This document shows positions 38,934-48,731 of a DNA stretch of 59,053 bases, in pieces. This DNA is from Deltaproteobacteria bacterium SM23_61 (GTDB taxonomy: Bacteria > Desulfobacterota > SM23-61). Below the pieces are notes generated by a model. The model was not told the DNA's origin and did not search any database. It saw nothing but the letters and a program-made list of their open reading frames with translations. Positions within the stretch are counted from its first letter, which is position 1, and the number at the start of each line of letters is the position of its first letter. The stretch is taken from contig LJUR01000001.1 in assembly GCA_001304105.1 (NCBI GenBank), forward strand, positions 1 through 59,053. The letters are read 5' to 3'. The position numbers were made by a program, and so were the translations under genes.

Positions 38934-39404
38934 TTATCTCTTTTCATTCTGTCTTTTTTTCCCCCGCTCGTCACCGTGGTAGAAGAGGCGGAGGTCTTTG
39001 GTCCACTTGATGCAAGAATGAGGAAGTTTCCTGCCGAGCTCGACAAGGGGCTCGTCGCACATCAGGCCGCCCGGTTCGACTCCAGTGTCCGACCAGGGTG
39101 ACTTCCGGGCGTTCCACCACTCCCGGATGGCCTGTTTGATTTCCGGGGGCCATTCCTTGAGGGGACGGAAATCTAAAAAACAATGCACAGCTTTGATGAA
39201 ATTTGAATCCCCGTAGCGGATCAAGAAGCTGACCGGCCAGTCATTCGGTATGTTGACCAGGGTGATGTATTGGTATTTTTTCCCGAGGTACAAGAGATCC
39301 TTCCGGACCTGGACCCTGCCCGCTCGCCAATCCGCAATCGGAATCAGATTGCTTCCCTTGCCAAGAGTGGGCTTTGGGCTCTTATGGAGTTTTACCGCCA
39401 GCAT
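38934..39404 (-). CDS. Hypothetical protein (156 aa)
   Basis: ATG preceded by AAAGAGG; no recognisable motif. Confidence 0.55.
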   Translation of the reverse strand: MLAVKLHKSPKPTLGKGSNLIPIADWRAGRVQVRKDLLYLGKKYQYITLVNIPNDWPVSFLIRYGDSNFIKAVHCFLDFRPLKEWPPEIKQAIREWWNARKSPWSDTGVEPGGLMCDEPLVELGRKLPHSCIKWTKDLRLFYHGDERGKKRQNEKR

Positions 39405-39466
39405 TTTTCCTCTTTGGAAAAGGTTAGCGTGCTAAACCCAAAACTTCTTTACGTTAATTCCAAGCC

Positions 39467-39554
39467 CGTCATTCTTGCGGGGGCGAAAATCCAGTTTGAA
39501 AAGACTGGGTTCCCCGTATCAAGTACGGGGCAGGCTTAGTCACGCCCGGAATGA
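39467..39554. repeat. REP-like palindromic repeat (GTCATTC...GGAATGA with internal CCCCGTATCAAGTACGGGG hairpin)
   Basis: Inverted ends gtcattc / ggaatga and internal hairpin; sits between two accessory modules. Confidence 0.55.
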
Positions 39555-39601
39555 GAATTACCCATTTGAGGCACTAATACTCTCTCAAAACATTGGAGCT
39601 T

Positions 39602-41287
39602 TTATGCTGCGGGCTTTAACTCGACAAATTTCATCAACATCAGCCAGTCCTGAGTCTCACGGAGCATCAATACATTTGTTTCTCTTAATAATGACTCAAG
39701 AGCTTCGGGCGTGTTTGCATGAGAGAATTGCTCATCCAGTTCTCTCAGAATAATTTCCATGTTACTACTCCGCTTTCCCACGCGTGAATACTCACGGTGA
39801 GAACGGATGCCGCCAATCGCCGCTCCGACCGCTGGTAGTACAATAGCAAAGAAAATAAGTAGTTCCTCCAGGGTCTTTGATTGAAATTCTCTTCCAGGAT
39901 AAAAAAAGATTAGATGCGAAATCGCTGCAGCCATGGCGATGAAAAATATCGCCATCCCAGTCCATTCAAGAATACTGCTGATCTTCCTGACATCAATGGC
40001 CTTATCCCCATGATATGCTATCTGATCCTGAATCCAATGTTTGCGAACAAATTCATTGCATTGTCGACAATACGCTTCCTGGCAACCTTTCATCTCAGGC
40101 AGCCTATTCCATATTTCGTAAAAGACTTTTACCATCCAGTCATCAGGATGGTGCGCAGTGCGCATGTACGGAGGCACTTCAATGGGCGATGTCTCAACAT
40201 TGCATACAACAAAGAATATGGCAGACCTGATCTGCTCGGCTAAAAAGCGGCTTTCTATCCATTTTCTCTGGGTCTTCCGCCAGTTGGCAATAATAACCAT
40301 CAAAAGTATGGATGCCAGGATTAAGAACTCTAAGGTAAAGGCATAGATCGACCATTTACGCAGCAGAACTCCTAGAACAACAGAAGTAATCGCTGCCGCC
40401 GATAAAGAGTACACTGCGGTACCCACATGCCGGTATATTGTTTGATTTTGCTTGGATATCTTTGAAGCCCGAACATAAAAGGGCAGTAACATTTCCCTCA
40501 CAAGCTTTTTTGAATCCTCGGGTATCTCTTTTCCTTCGGCATTGTCGAAAAGCTCCTTGTACACGTTGTCAACGTAGGCAATCTGCTCTTCTTCTGGCAT
40601 GCCGAAGGTATTGAACATATCGATTTGGCCTATAGAACCGCCATCAAGACCATGACCTTCGTAAATTGAAATATCATGGGGGGCTCCCGTAAAAACAACA
40701 ATCACCGGTCGTTGTTTATTCTTCGCATAATGAATGATTTCAGCCGTGCCTCCCTTTCCCCGCGAATTCTGGCCATCCCAGAGGGCAATCAGCACATCGC
40801 ACTTATCAACAACATACCGCCCCACATCTTCATAAGCCTGGCGCCTGACTTCTTTGGGGTCACCTTCTGAATACTCCGCCTTGAGGTTGGTCTCTTTTAA
40901 GGTTATAGGTCTTCTTGCTTTTTTGAATAATTCTTCAAATTCCGTACGGGATTCTTCATTTTCAAAATCTTCAAGATAATTTTCTTTCGTCAACGGTAAA
41001 ACTACTTCAATTCTGGAGTCCGGGAATTTTAATACCTCTTTAGCGATCAGGCGGTCAGCTCCTTCGGCTAAAGGGGTAAGTATGCTGAAATTAACAGGCG
41101 TATTGAGGGATGAACGAATTATTCTTTTCGAATGCTCATCAAAAAGGTCATAGATCCTCTTTTTGAGGACATCTCTGACCTTTTCTCTTAGTATCTCCTC
41201 ATCCTGCAGCACTCGATGACCAGTCACACCTAACCGTATACGAAATGCAATGGGAACGTGCTGCATTTGTGTCTTGTCTTTGTTCAT
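39602..41287 (-). CDS. SLOG-like nucleotide-binding domain fused to two SLATT-type 2TM modules
   Basis: GVTGHR, LAEGAD, CDVLIALWDG...GGTAE (SLOG); TM pair then W..SR..AE..RS; WI.DQ..YH then second TM pair. Confidence 0.8.
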   Translation of the reverse strand: MNKDKTQMQHVPIAFRIRLGVTGHRVLQDEEILREKVRDVLKKRIYDLFDEHSKRIIRSSLNTPVNFSILTPLAEGADRLIAKEVLKFPDSRIEVVLPLTKENYLEDFENEESRTEFEELFKKARRPITLKETNLKAEYSEGDPKEVRRQAYEDVGRYVVDKCDVLIALWDGQNSRGKGGTAEIIHYAKNKQRPVIVVFTGAPHDISIYEGHGLDGGSIGQIDMFNTFGMPEEEQIAYVDNVYKELFDNAEGKEIPEDSKKLVREMLLPFYVRASKISKQNQTIYRHVGTAVYSLSAAAITSVVLGVLLRKWSIYAFTLEFLILASILLMVIIANWRKTQRKWIESRFLAEQIRSAIFFVVCNVETSPIEVPPYMRTAHHPDDWMVKVFYEIWNRLPEMKGCQEAYCRQCNEFVRKHWIQDQIAYHGDKAIDVRKISSILEWTGMAIFFIAMAAAISHLIFFYPGREFQSKTLEELLIFFAIVLPAVGAAIGGIRSHREYSRVGKRSSNMEIILRELDEQFSHANTPEALESLLRETNVLMLRETQDWLMLMKFVELKPAA

Positions 41288-41297
41288 AAGGTCACTT

Positions 41298-43853
41298 CTA
41301 ATCCAACTTGCATATCTCAAAACCTGCTTGGGCAAGGTAATCTAAGAATCTCCTCACTGTGTGGCGGTCCTTATCCTGCTCCTTTTTGGGCAGTTTGCCC
41401 CAGTCACAGAGGCACGGATGGAGCTTTTTCGCGGTATCTTTCTTTTCACCGTATTTCCACCCAGTTCCCATCTTTTCGACAACCCACCGTTCATGTTCCA
41501 TTCTCGCCATTTTTCCTATTTCATCTATCGATAACTTTACTCTTACTGGTTCCCTTCTAACTACGGGAGAAAACCCGTACCCAGCGGCATGAAGGTACCT
41601 GGGGATATTGTCAGCCTGCTGTCGGTTTGATTCTTTGTAATGTTCGTTCAACTTATCCCATGGTTTTATCGCTGGGTCATTCTTAGGCCTCTTTTCCTTG
41701 CTCTTTTTTATATCCTGAAGGAAACTATTATGAATAATTCGGGCAAGGTCTTCCCTTTTCTCACCAAATAGGACATCCATTGTCACTAATTTGGAGAACA
41801 ATTCTGCATCAACATGAAGTTTCAACTGTTTCGGTGGTGGAAGGGCAGACTGTTCAAATACTCGTTTGTCCGTTAACATACTCATATCAAGGATTGCCTC
41901 CATCGAACGCACACCATGCCTGTATTCAGGCACCTTAATCATTGCTCGTCTCACACCTGGGTCAATTTGTAGAATACCAGTGCTGTCAAAAAAGTGTCTT
42001 GCTTTTTGGTCCAAGAGTGATCGAAGGAGTATTGCTCTCCTGATCATGTAAAGTTTATCGTTCTCGCCGATCTTGTTTAAACCTAATATATCTACATAAC
42101 CTCTGAGCCTGCTCAGAAAGTCAGGCCCTTTGGCTTCTTTAAAAAGGTTTATCTCCTTCTCATCGCAACCTTCCCTGGAGAAATTCTTAAAAGCCTCACT
42201 GGTGCCACCGGCGAATATAAAAATCGATTTACCAATAGGGTGGGTTATGTCACCGTGTTTAAATACTCCGCTCTGCATTGGTTCAAGGAAATATTTGAGC
42301 CACCCTAAGGGCAAACCCTGAAAATTGGAATCAAATTCATCAAAAAAGACAAGGGGAACAGAGCCCCTGAGTACAGTGTCACGTACTTGATGTAGGGCCT
42401 TAATAAGATCGTCCGGAGATTCCCATTGAGAAATATTGAATTCGAGGCGTTCAATGGATTCTTCGCCGATACTCTTCGCAACCTGTGTAGCACCAAAGGA
42501 TTTACCAGATCCCGGAGGTCCAAATATCGCTATGGATAATGGGCGATTCTGGAAGCCCTTTGAAAGATACTCCACCATGAGATTCTTTATGCTGCGGAAA
42601 CTTTCGATTTCTGTCCTGTCTAGCGTTTTTAACTTTCCAAATTGGCCGATAGGGACTTTATCCAGCGCCGGGTCTTTGCCTGCAGTTAGCGTGTTATAGG
42701 CAACATCCTCAAGCCTCTGTTGGGTTAAATCCTCAAGAATAGTCCAAACTCGAATTTCTTCAGAATCCAAAGCGTTTTGCCTAGGGACAGGAACATCCAT
42801 TATTTGTGGTTCATCTTTCTGAGGGGGAAGAAAAAGCTCTTTACCAGGGTAATCAACCCGTGCACTGTCATTGCCAAAACCCTTTTGCAAAAGCCTTCGT
42901 GAGGTTACTATGCCTCTCCGTATCCCTTCGCCCAGCCCATCAAGACCTCCATTGGCAAGCTCTGCTACCATGGTAGCCACAAATGCTGAGGTTAACCCTA
43001 TCATCCCTCCACGGTGCATTTGACTAAAACCCCCCTCGATTTGCAGCGGGTCATAGTAAAGATGGACCTTAAAAGAGTCTTTGTCCTTCATGTAATGGAT
43101 AACCCCATCAAGGCCAAAAAATACCACAAGATTATGACACGCAGCCAGGGTTTCAAGACTGCGGTTGTTGGTTATCTGCCAGATAAAATCCGCTGCCGTG
43201 CGTTCCCAGGAAAGTTGTCGTGATATTTGGACACCTTCGGTACGCAGGTCATCAGCACTGATAACCACCACTAAGCGTTCAGCATGGCTTTTTTGCACCC
43301 AATCCCATAATTTACCTCTTGCTAGGGGACCACACATCTTCAAAACTACAAAAGGTTCCTGTCGTTTATCTTTTAATGCTGCAGGCCATACAGGTTCTTC
43401 ATCCCGAAAACCATTGCCCGCATCATCGATCACCACAATCTCTGCATCCGGATCATCATCCGCAACCGTGAGCTGCTTCACCTTCCCCAGGGTTGGACCT
43501 GTATAGCCAGCTTCCTTTTCCACCCGCAAGACCATATCTTTCTCAGCTTTCCTGACTGAAGAGTAAGGGAATCTACTAAGCATCACCGTAAAATGGAGAA
43601 CCTCTTCAGGAGGAATTTGGTTGAGATTCGTGAGCTGAGGAGAAATTACAATGCTACCTGTTACATCTTTGACAAAACGGGCGAGAAGCATTGCCCCACC
43701 GGGTATCACTTCCTTTCTCATACCCGTGTGAAGCTCCCAATTTAACGGGATTTCACCACCCATACCGCCTGGATCCATTCCCTTAACACTCCAAAAAAAC
43801 CAATCTACAGTAACATCCCCGGAAACAACCATCTTTTTCATCTTTCTCTCCAT
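41298..43853 (-). CDS. Degenerate PfkB-like domain + AAA-type ATPase + two RyR domains
   Basis: GPPGSGKS Walker A, VFFDEFD Walker B, FLSR; RyR repeats LA..IH..F...PWDKL....KESNR and ARMEHERW...GWKYG..KD..KK.HP.L..W..L...EQ.KDR. Confidence 0.85.
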   Translation of the reverse strand: MERKMKKMVVSGDVTVDWFFWSVKGMDPGGMGGEIPLNWELHTGMRKEVIPGGAMLLARFVKDVTGSIVISPQLTNLNQIPPEEVLHFTVMLSRFPYSSVRKAEKDMVLRVEKEAGYTGPTLGKVKQLTVADDDPDAEIVVIDDAGNGFRDEEPVWPAALKDKRQEPFVVLKMCGPLARGKLWDWVQKSHAERLVVVISADDLRTEGVQISRQLSWERTAADFIWQITNNRSLETLAACHNLVVFFGLDGVIHYMKDKDSFKVHLYYDPLQIEGGFSQMHRGGMIGLTSAFVATMVAELANGGLDGLGEGIRRGIVTSRRLLQKGFGNDSARVDYPGKELFLPPQKDEPQIMDVPVPRQNALDSEEIRVWTILEDLTQQRLEDVAYNTLTAGKDPALDKVPIGQFGKLKTLDRTEIESFRSIKNLMVEYLSKGFQNRPLSIAIFGPPGSGKSFGATQVAKSIGEESIERLEFNISQWESPDDLIKALHQVRDTVLRGSVPLVFFDEFDSNFQGLPLGWLKYFLEPMQSGVFKHGDITHPIGKSIFIFAGGTSEAFKNFSREGCDEKEINLFKEAKGPDFLSRLRGYVDILGLNKIGENDKLYMIRRAILLRSLLDQKARHFFDSTGILQIDPGVRRAMIKVPEYRHGVRSMEAILDMSMLTDKRVFEQSALPPPKQLKLHVDAELFSKLVTMDVLFGEKREDLARIIHNSFLQDIKKSKEKRPKNDPAIKPWDKLNEHYKESNRQQADNIPRYLHAAGYGFSPVVRREPVRVKLSIDEIGKMARMEHERWVVEKMGTGWKYGEKKDTAKKLHPCLCDWGKLPKKEQDKDRHTVRRFLDYLAQAGFEICKLD

Positions 43854-44040
43854 TCATTTTCTCCCCATTATCTTAGAATTCACCTTCAATTGACTTTAAG
43901 GATATGGCCCTCATCCCGGGGAAATCCGGAATCTAGCACGTAGGTTCTGAAACAACTTAAAGGTTTTTTTAAAATTCATATTGAAAATCGATCGCCCCCC
44001 TAATTATTCTCAGTCCTGGCCTGTATTGACAAAGGACTTA

Positions 44041-44081
44041 AGAAAAATAAACCCCATCCCTCTTACGAGAAATGGGGTTTA
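44041..44081 (-). terminator. Intrinsic terminator, 15-bp stem with GUAA tetraloop and U-tract
   Basis: Minus strand UAAACCCCAUUUCUC-GUAA-GAGGGAUGGGGUUUA-UUUUUCU; two G-U wobbles pair only on the minus strand. Confidence 0.8.
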
Positions 44082-44410
44082 CTGTTTCCGCACATTTTTA
44101 CGTCTCCAATGCGGGAAAAGGAGAAGCCATTTGTAAGTTGCCTATTTTACATTATTATTTTTGTGAAAATCAGTCTTTCCTTAATTTCCTTGTCAGACCG
44201 AGCGGATACTTTTGGGCCTGCAACGAGCGAATAAATCTGACATCCGGTTTCCCTTGTCGAGCATTTTTCATATGTGGGGGAAAAAGTCAAGAACTTTTTG
44301 GGTAATTTCTTTCTCTTTTCCTTATGTGAAAGAAGGTACTAAAACGATTATGGATTCCTGACTTAGGAGGAAGTGAGTTTAGCGGAGTAAAAGGGGTTCC
44401 TTACCATGAC

Positions 44411-44437
44411 CAGGGGCAATTCGTGAATTGCTCCTAG
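44411..44437. repeat. REP-like palindrome AGGGGCAATTC-GT-GAATTGCTCCT
   Basis: Near-perfect hairpin of the (GT)AGGGGC REP type. Confidence 0.6.
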
Positions 44438-44448
44438 TTTTTTTGCCT

Positions 44449-44481
44449 CTACAGGGCGATCACCCCTTTGATCTTGGCCGC
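44449..44481 (-). repeat. Duplicate of the DUF493 gene 3' end (att-like direct repeat of 52071-52103)
   Basis: 31/33 identical; encodes AAKIKGVIAL*; both differences silent (GCC/GCG, TAG/TAA). Confidence 0.85.
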
Positions 44482-44495
44482 TCCCAGTCTTTCCT

Positions 44496-45212
44496 TCATA
44501 GGTACTGAGGCAGGACCTTTACCCGGTAGCTGTGCTTGATCGTCCTCTTCAAAACCGGATCCTCCAGCTCCATCCCGTAGGAATCGCCGAAAATAAGCCC
44601 TCCTTTGGTGGGAATCGTTCCGGAGAATAGAACCAGCCCTTCTTCTTTTTTATCCATGCCTTCGCCGGGCATCTTCTGCAACAACTCCTGAGGGTCAAGG
44701 ATCTCTGACAGGAGGGCTTCCTGATAAAGGGTCATCTCCGTTCCCTTGCCGGCCCAACATCGCAGGATCAATTTCCCCCAGTGATCCTTTACCTCCGGGT
44801 AGAGCCAGCATTCCGGGGCCAAACACTTGGCATACATCTGTTTGGACCCGGGAATGGATTTGGTCTCCACATCCCGGTCGGTATGATCACTTCCTACGGT
44901 AACCCAGATTTCCTCCCCTGAACAGAGAAGAACGTATTCCACCTCTCCCGAGCTCTTGTCGCTGACCACCGTGACCTCATCGTCCGTCGTCAGCAGGTAG
45001 GTGGAAAAGTTCATGTAGATGGGAATCCTTCGGGGGCCGGGAACTCCCAGTTTAGCCAGCTCGTCAATATGGGCCTGCAGAGCTTTTTGGTCTTTGCCCA
45101 CCCATCCCCCGCAAACCAGGTGGTTGGCGGTAAAGACCAGATCCCGGGAATCTTTCAGCAAGTTCATTTTGAGATACAGAATCTTGGGGGTGATCATGAT
45201 TCGACTCCTCAT
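44496..45212 (-). CDS. DUF2848 family protein
   Basis: GW.G.D......HI.EL..LGV, SSGEVE, GSDHTDR..E, SKQ. Confidence 0.8.
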   Translation of the reverse strand: MRSRIMITPKILYLKMNLLKDSRDLVFTANHLVCGGWVGKDQKALQAHIDELAKLGVPGPRRIPIYMNFSTYLLTTDDEVTVVSDKSSGEVEYVLLCSGEEIWVTVGSDHTDRDVETKSIPGSKQMYAKCLAPECWLYPEVKDHWGKLILRCWAGKGTEMTLYQEALLSEILDPQELLQKMPGEGMDKKEEGLVLFSGTIPTKGGLIFGDSYGMELEDPVLKRTIKHSYRVKVLPQYL

Positions 45213-45290
45213 CTAGATTTGGAAAAATTTAAGGCCAGGCAGGAAGCCTGCCCCTGCGCCGGCCCTGCGGGCCATTCAAGAATGGCCTGC

Positions 45291-46712
45291 CTATTCCCCC
45301 TCAAGGAAGGGACGGCGGTCCTTCCAGGGGGTGCTTTCCTCGTACGCAGAACCCACCCGCAACACCGTTCTTTCATCAAAAGGGCCTCCGGCAATCTGTA
45401 ACCCGATGGGAAGCCCGGCAGCAGAAAACCCGCAGGGAATCGAGAGGCTGGGAATCCCCACCAAGTTATAGATTCGGGTGAATCGAGTCAGAGCCGATGG
45501 CACGGCTTCGGTTTGCTTTCCCCAGGATACGCCCCCCTGATCGAGCTTGGGTGCGGTGATGGGAAGCTGCGGGGTAACAATCACGTCGACCTTCTCCAGA
45601 GCACGGCAGAAATTCTCCCGGATCTTTCGCCGGACCGCCTGGGCCTTCAGGTACTGAGCGGCCATGACGGCCGCTCCCAGGTTGAGCCGGGACCGAACGT
45701 CGTCTCCCAGGTCCTTGGCCCGCGTCCGGTGCCATTTCTCCAGGGTAGCAGCCGCTTCGGCCAAGAGAATGATGAAGGCGGCGATCGAAGCTTCGGGCAG
45801 CAGGGGGATGGAGATTTTTTTGACCGTCGCTCCCAATCTCTTGCCGACCTGGAGGGCTCTCTGCACTGCGGTGGCGACTTCCGGGTCCAGGCGGTCGAAG
45901 TAATAGGTGTCCGGGACTCCGATGCGGACTCCCTTCAAACCATCGGACAGGCCCCGGGTGTAATCGGGGACCGAAACGGAAGAGGTGGAGGGGTCGAGCG
46001 GGTCGGCACCCGCCAGGACATTCATGGCGATCGCCAGGTCGGCTACGCACCGGGTCATGGGGCCGGGGTGGTCCATCGTCCAGCAGAGGGGATACACCCC
46101 GTGCTTGCTGATCCGCCCGAAGGTGGGCTTCAATCCAGATGTTCCGCAGAGGGCTGAAGGAATGCGAACGGACCCTCCCGTATCGGTCCCCAGGGTGAGG
46201 GGTACAAAGGCGCTGGCCACAGCGGCGGCTGATCCTCCGCTGGATCCTCCACTGACCCGGTTACGATCCCAAGGATTACGGACCGACCCGAAGTGGGGAT
46301 TTAAGGAGGTCGTTCCGTAAGCGAATTCGTGCATGTTCAGTTTTCCCAGGAGGGTTGCCCCCGCTGCCTGGAGCCGTTCAACCACCGTTGCATTGTAAGC
46401 GGGAACAAAATCCTTCAGAATCTTTGACCCACAGGTCGTCCGGATCCCCCTAGTAAAAAAGAGATCTTTGACCGCGAAGGGAATCCCATGCAAAGGTCCC
46501 AGGGATCTGCCCTTCAGCAGCTCCTTTTCGGCGGAACGCGCCGCTTTAAGCGCCGTTTGAGGGAGGACGGTAATAAAAGAGTTTATTTTCCCGTCGAAAG
46601 TTTCAATCCTTTGGAGATAGGCCTGAGTGATCTCCACCGGGGAAACCTCTCTTTTCCGCAGAGCTTTGGAGAGGGAACGGAGGGTCCAGGTTTCAGGATT
46701 GGAAGAGATCAT
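45291..46712 (-). CDS. Amidase-signature family enzyme (GatA-like)
   Basis: GIPFAVKD, GGSSGGS, GTDTGGSVRIP (Ser-cisSer-Lys triad). Confidence 0.92.
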   Translation of the reverse strand: MISSNPETWTLRSLSKALRKREVSPVEITQAYLQRIETFDGKINSFITVLPQTALKAARSAEKELLKGRSLGPLHGIPFAVKDLFFTRGIRTTCGSKILKDFVPAYNATVVERLQAAGATLLGKLNMHEFAYGTTSLNPHFGSVRNPWDRNRVSGGSSGGSAAAVASAFVPLTLGTDTGGSVRIPSALCGTSGLKPTFGRISKHGVYPLCWTMDHPGPMTRCVADLAIAMNVLAGADPLDPSTSSVSVPDYTRGLSDGLKGVRIGVPDTYYFDRLDPEVATAVQRALQVGKRLGATVKKISIPLLPEASIAAFIILLAEAAATLEKWHRTRAKDLGDDVRSRLNLGAAVMAAQYLKAQAVRRKIRENFCRALEKVDVIVTPQLPITAPKLDQGGVSWGKQTEAVPSALTRFTRIYNLVGIPSLSIPCGFSAAGLPIGLQIAGGPFDERTVLRVGSAYEESTPWKDRRPFLEGE

Positions 46713-46902
46713 TTTCCCCCTCCCTGGATGAGTAGAGAACGGCCGGCTCGGTCTCCGGAGGGTCGAAAACCCCCAGCCGGTCATTTTGCTCATCCAACTG
46801 CCGAACCGAAGCGAGAAAAATCTCCCTTTCTTTGGGATTCGAAAAAGACAAGGGAAGTCGAACCCACTGGTTCGCTGATTTCTTGACTGCCTGCTTTTTC
46901 AT
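46693..46902 (-). CDS. Small protein, possible GatC/AtzG-like amidase partner
   Basis: 69 aa directly upstream of and overlapping the amidase start; C-terminal EPAVLY; GGAGG RBS. Confidence 0.5.
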   Translation of the reverse strand: MKKQAVKKSANQWVRLPLSFSNPKEREIFLASVRQLDEQNDRLGVFDPPETEPAVLYSSREGENDLFQS

Positions 46903-47724
46903 TCTTGGCCCTCCGACGGATGATTTCACTAACCTTCTCCGACCAGTGGAGTGCGTCCCCTGGGTCCCCTCCTAAATCCCCCTTGCATTGGCAGCGGGCA
47001 TACCGGCCGATGGAAAATCGACTGAAATTACCCACTCGATTGGACGAAGATCCAAAATAGATACCGAGGAAAAAATTGGATTTGCGGCAGGAGCATTTCT
47101 GATGAGCCTGAGTATAATGAATAGGAATCAAAATAACAAGAGAATATTTACGAAACATTTTTTATTTAAACTTGTTTGCAACATTAAAACTTGTGGATCA
47201 TCTCCAAATTCTTTGAAAGCCAAAGAGTTTGTCTTTGCAGAATTTCCTGTGAATTCATGGGCCCGCAAGAAAAGTCATCTTGCTTGCAATCATGAGGCGC
47301 ATATCTCTCCCCACCGGTGGCGGGGGTATCGGTTATTTCTTCGAAGCTTACTCATTCCGCCCCCGCTGCGCTTTGCGGATGAACACCAGGAGGTTCATGG
47401 AAAGCGGATATCCCGCCGATGCTTGCTGCGCAATCTGACTTTCCTTCCGGGCCCTTGGCAGGCTTTCATGGAAAATTCGACCAACGAATTTGGAGATGGA
47501 CTTGTTTATGGACTTGTTTATACTCTCTTGACCGCCAATGGACTTTTCAGTATACTCCCTATACCCAAAAGCGGGTTTTTCTCGATTCATTTGGCGGAAA
47601 AACAGACCCGCATGAACCTGAGTGAATCCCGAACGTTTGCCTGGTTTTTTCCCATGAGAAGCCCCCACGAATTGGGAAAAGGGATCATAAACTCTTGGCT
47701 TAAACCAAAAGAAAGGAAGAACCG

Positions 47725-48522
47725 ATGGACCGAGAAATATTAAGGAATATGCCCCCTGGGGAGGTCCGGCAACTCATCCGGGAAGGGAAATGGCGGGGGG
47801 TGACTGCCTTTGTTTCCGCCGGATATGCGCAGGCCAACCTGGCCATTCTTCCCAAGAGCCTGGCTTTCGAATTCCTGCTTTTTTGCCAACGGAACCCCAA
47901 ACCCTGCCCCGTCTTGGAAGTCTCCGAACCGGGGAACCCCATCCTTTCCCAGATCGCCAAGGGGGCGGATATCCGCACGGATATTCCGAAGTACCGCATC
48001 TACCAAAAGGGTAAATACTTAGCGGAGGTGGAAAACATCAAAGATTACTGGCGGGATGATTTGGTGGCCTTTCTGATCGGTTGCAGTTATACCTTCGAAT
48101 CGGCCATGGACAGGGCCAACATCCCCCTGCGGCATGTGCAGGATAACAAGAATGTTTCCGTGTACATCACCAATATTCCCTGCCTTCCCGCGGGAATCTT
48201 TTCAGGACCCATGGTCGTTTCCATGCGTCCCATTCCCGAAAAATTGGTAACCCGCGCGATCCAGGTTACCTCCCGGTTTCCGGCCACTCACGGCGCCCCG
48301 GTGCACGTGGGAGACCCCCAAAAAATCGGGGTCCGAGACCTCCAGAAGGTGGACTGGGGAGATCCTCTTCGCTTCGAGAAGGATGATGTCCCTGTATTCT
48401 GGGCCTGCGGCGTCACTCCCCAGGCGGTGGCCATGGCTTCCAAGCCGGAGATCATGATCACCCATTCCGCCGGGCACATGTTCCTATCGGACATCCGGGA
48501 TGAGGAATTGGCAGCCTTATGA
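47725..48522 (+). CDS. DUF1445 putative hydro-lyase / D-glutamate cyclase family (YcsI-like)
   Basis: QANL, FC.RNPKPCP, DIRTD.P.Y, GCS.TFE, VVSMRP, HGAPVH.G.P, FWACGVTPQ. Confidence 0.9.
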   Translation: MDREILRNMPPGEVRQLIREGKWRGVTAFVSAGYAQANLAILPKSLAFEFLLFCQRNPKPCPVLEVSEPGNPILSQIAKGADIRTDIPKYRIYQKGKYLAEVENIKDYWRDDLVAFLIGCSYTFESAMDRANIPLRHVQDNKNVSVYITNIPCLPAGIFSGPMVVSMRPIPEKLVTRAIQVTSRFPATHGAPVHVGDPQKIGVRDLQKVDWGDPLRFEKDDVPVFWACGVTPQAVAMASKPEIMITHSAGHMFLSDIRDEELAAL

Positions 48523-48731
48523 CCCGGCCTGAACCGCCCGGCGAGTCTGGGCTCTTTCGGGATGAATGGCTTGCCGATGGCCCTATGAACAGGTCGTCGG
48601 AAATCCTCAGCCCCCGGTAACCCCAATTTTCCCCAGTCCCTGAGGGACAGGGATCGAGAAGCCTGCGGAGAATTCTTCATCCCCCCTTCCCATATCCCCA
48701 CGACTCGCCGGCACGCCCTTAGGAGCGGCGT

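Noticed and set aside
39424-39436. TTAGC-GT-GCTAA as a CIRCE element
   Set aside because: Lacks the 9-bp arms and 9-nt spacer of CIRCE and is not adjacent to the chaperone genes
45291-46902. gatCA of the tRNA amidotransferase
   Set aside because: No gatB nearby; catabolic context; C-terminal half does not look like GatA
46988-47743. 251-aa ORF in the amidase/DUF1445 divergent region
   Set aside because: No motif, atypical composition; more likely regulatory DNA (contains a 12-bp direct repeat TGGACTTGTTTA near 47500)
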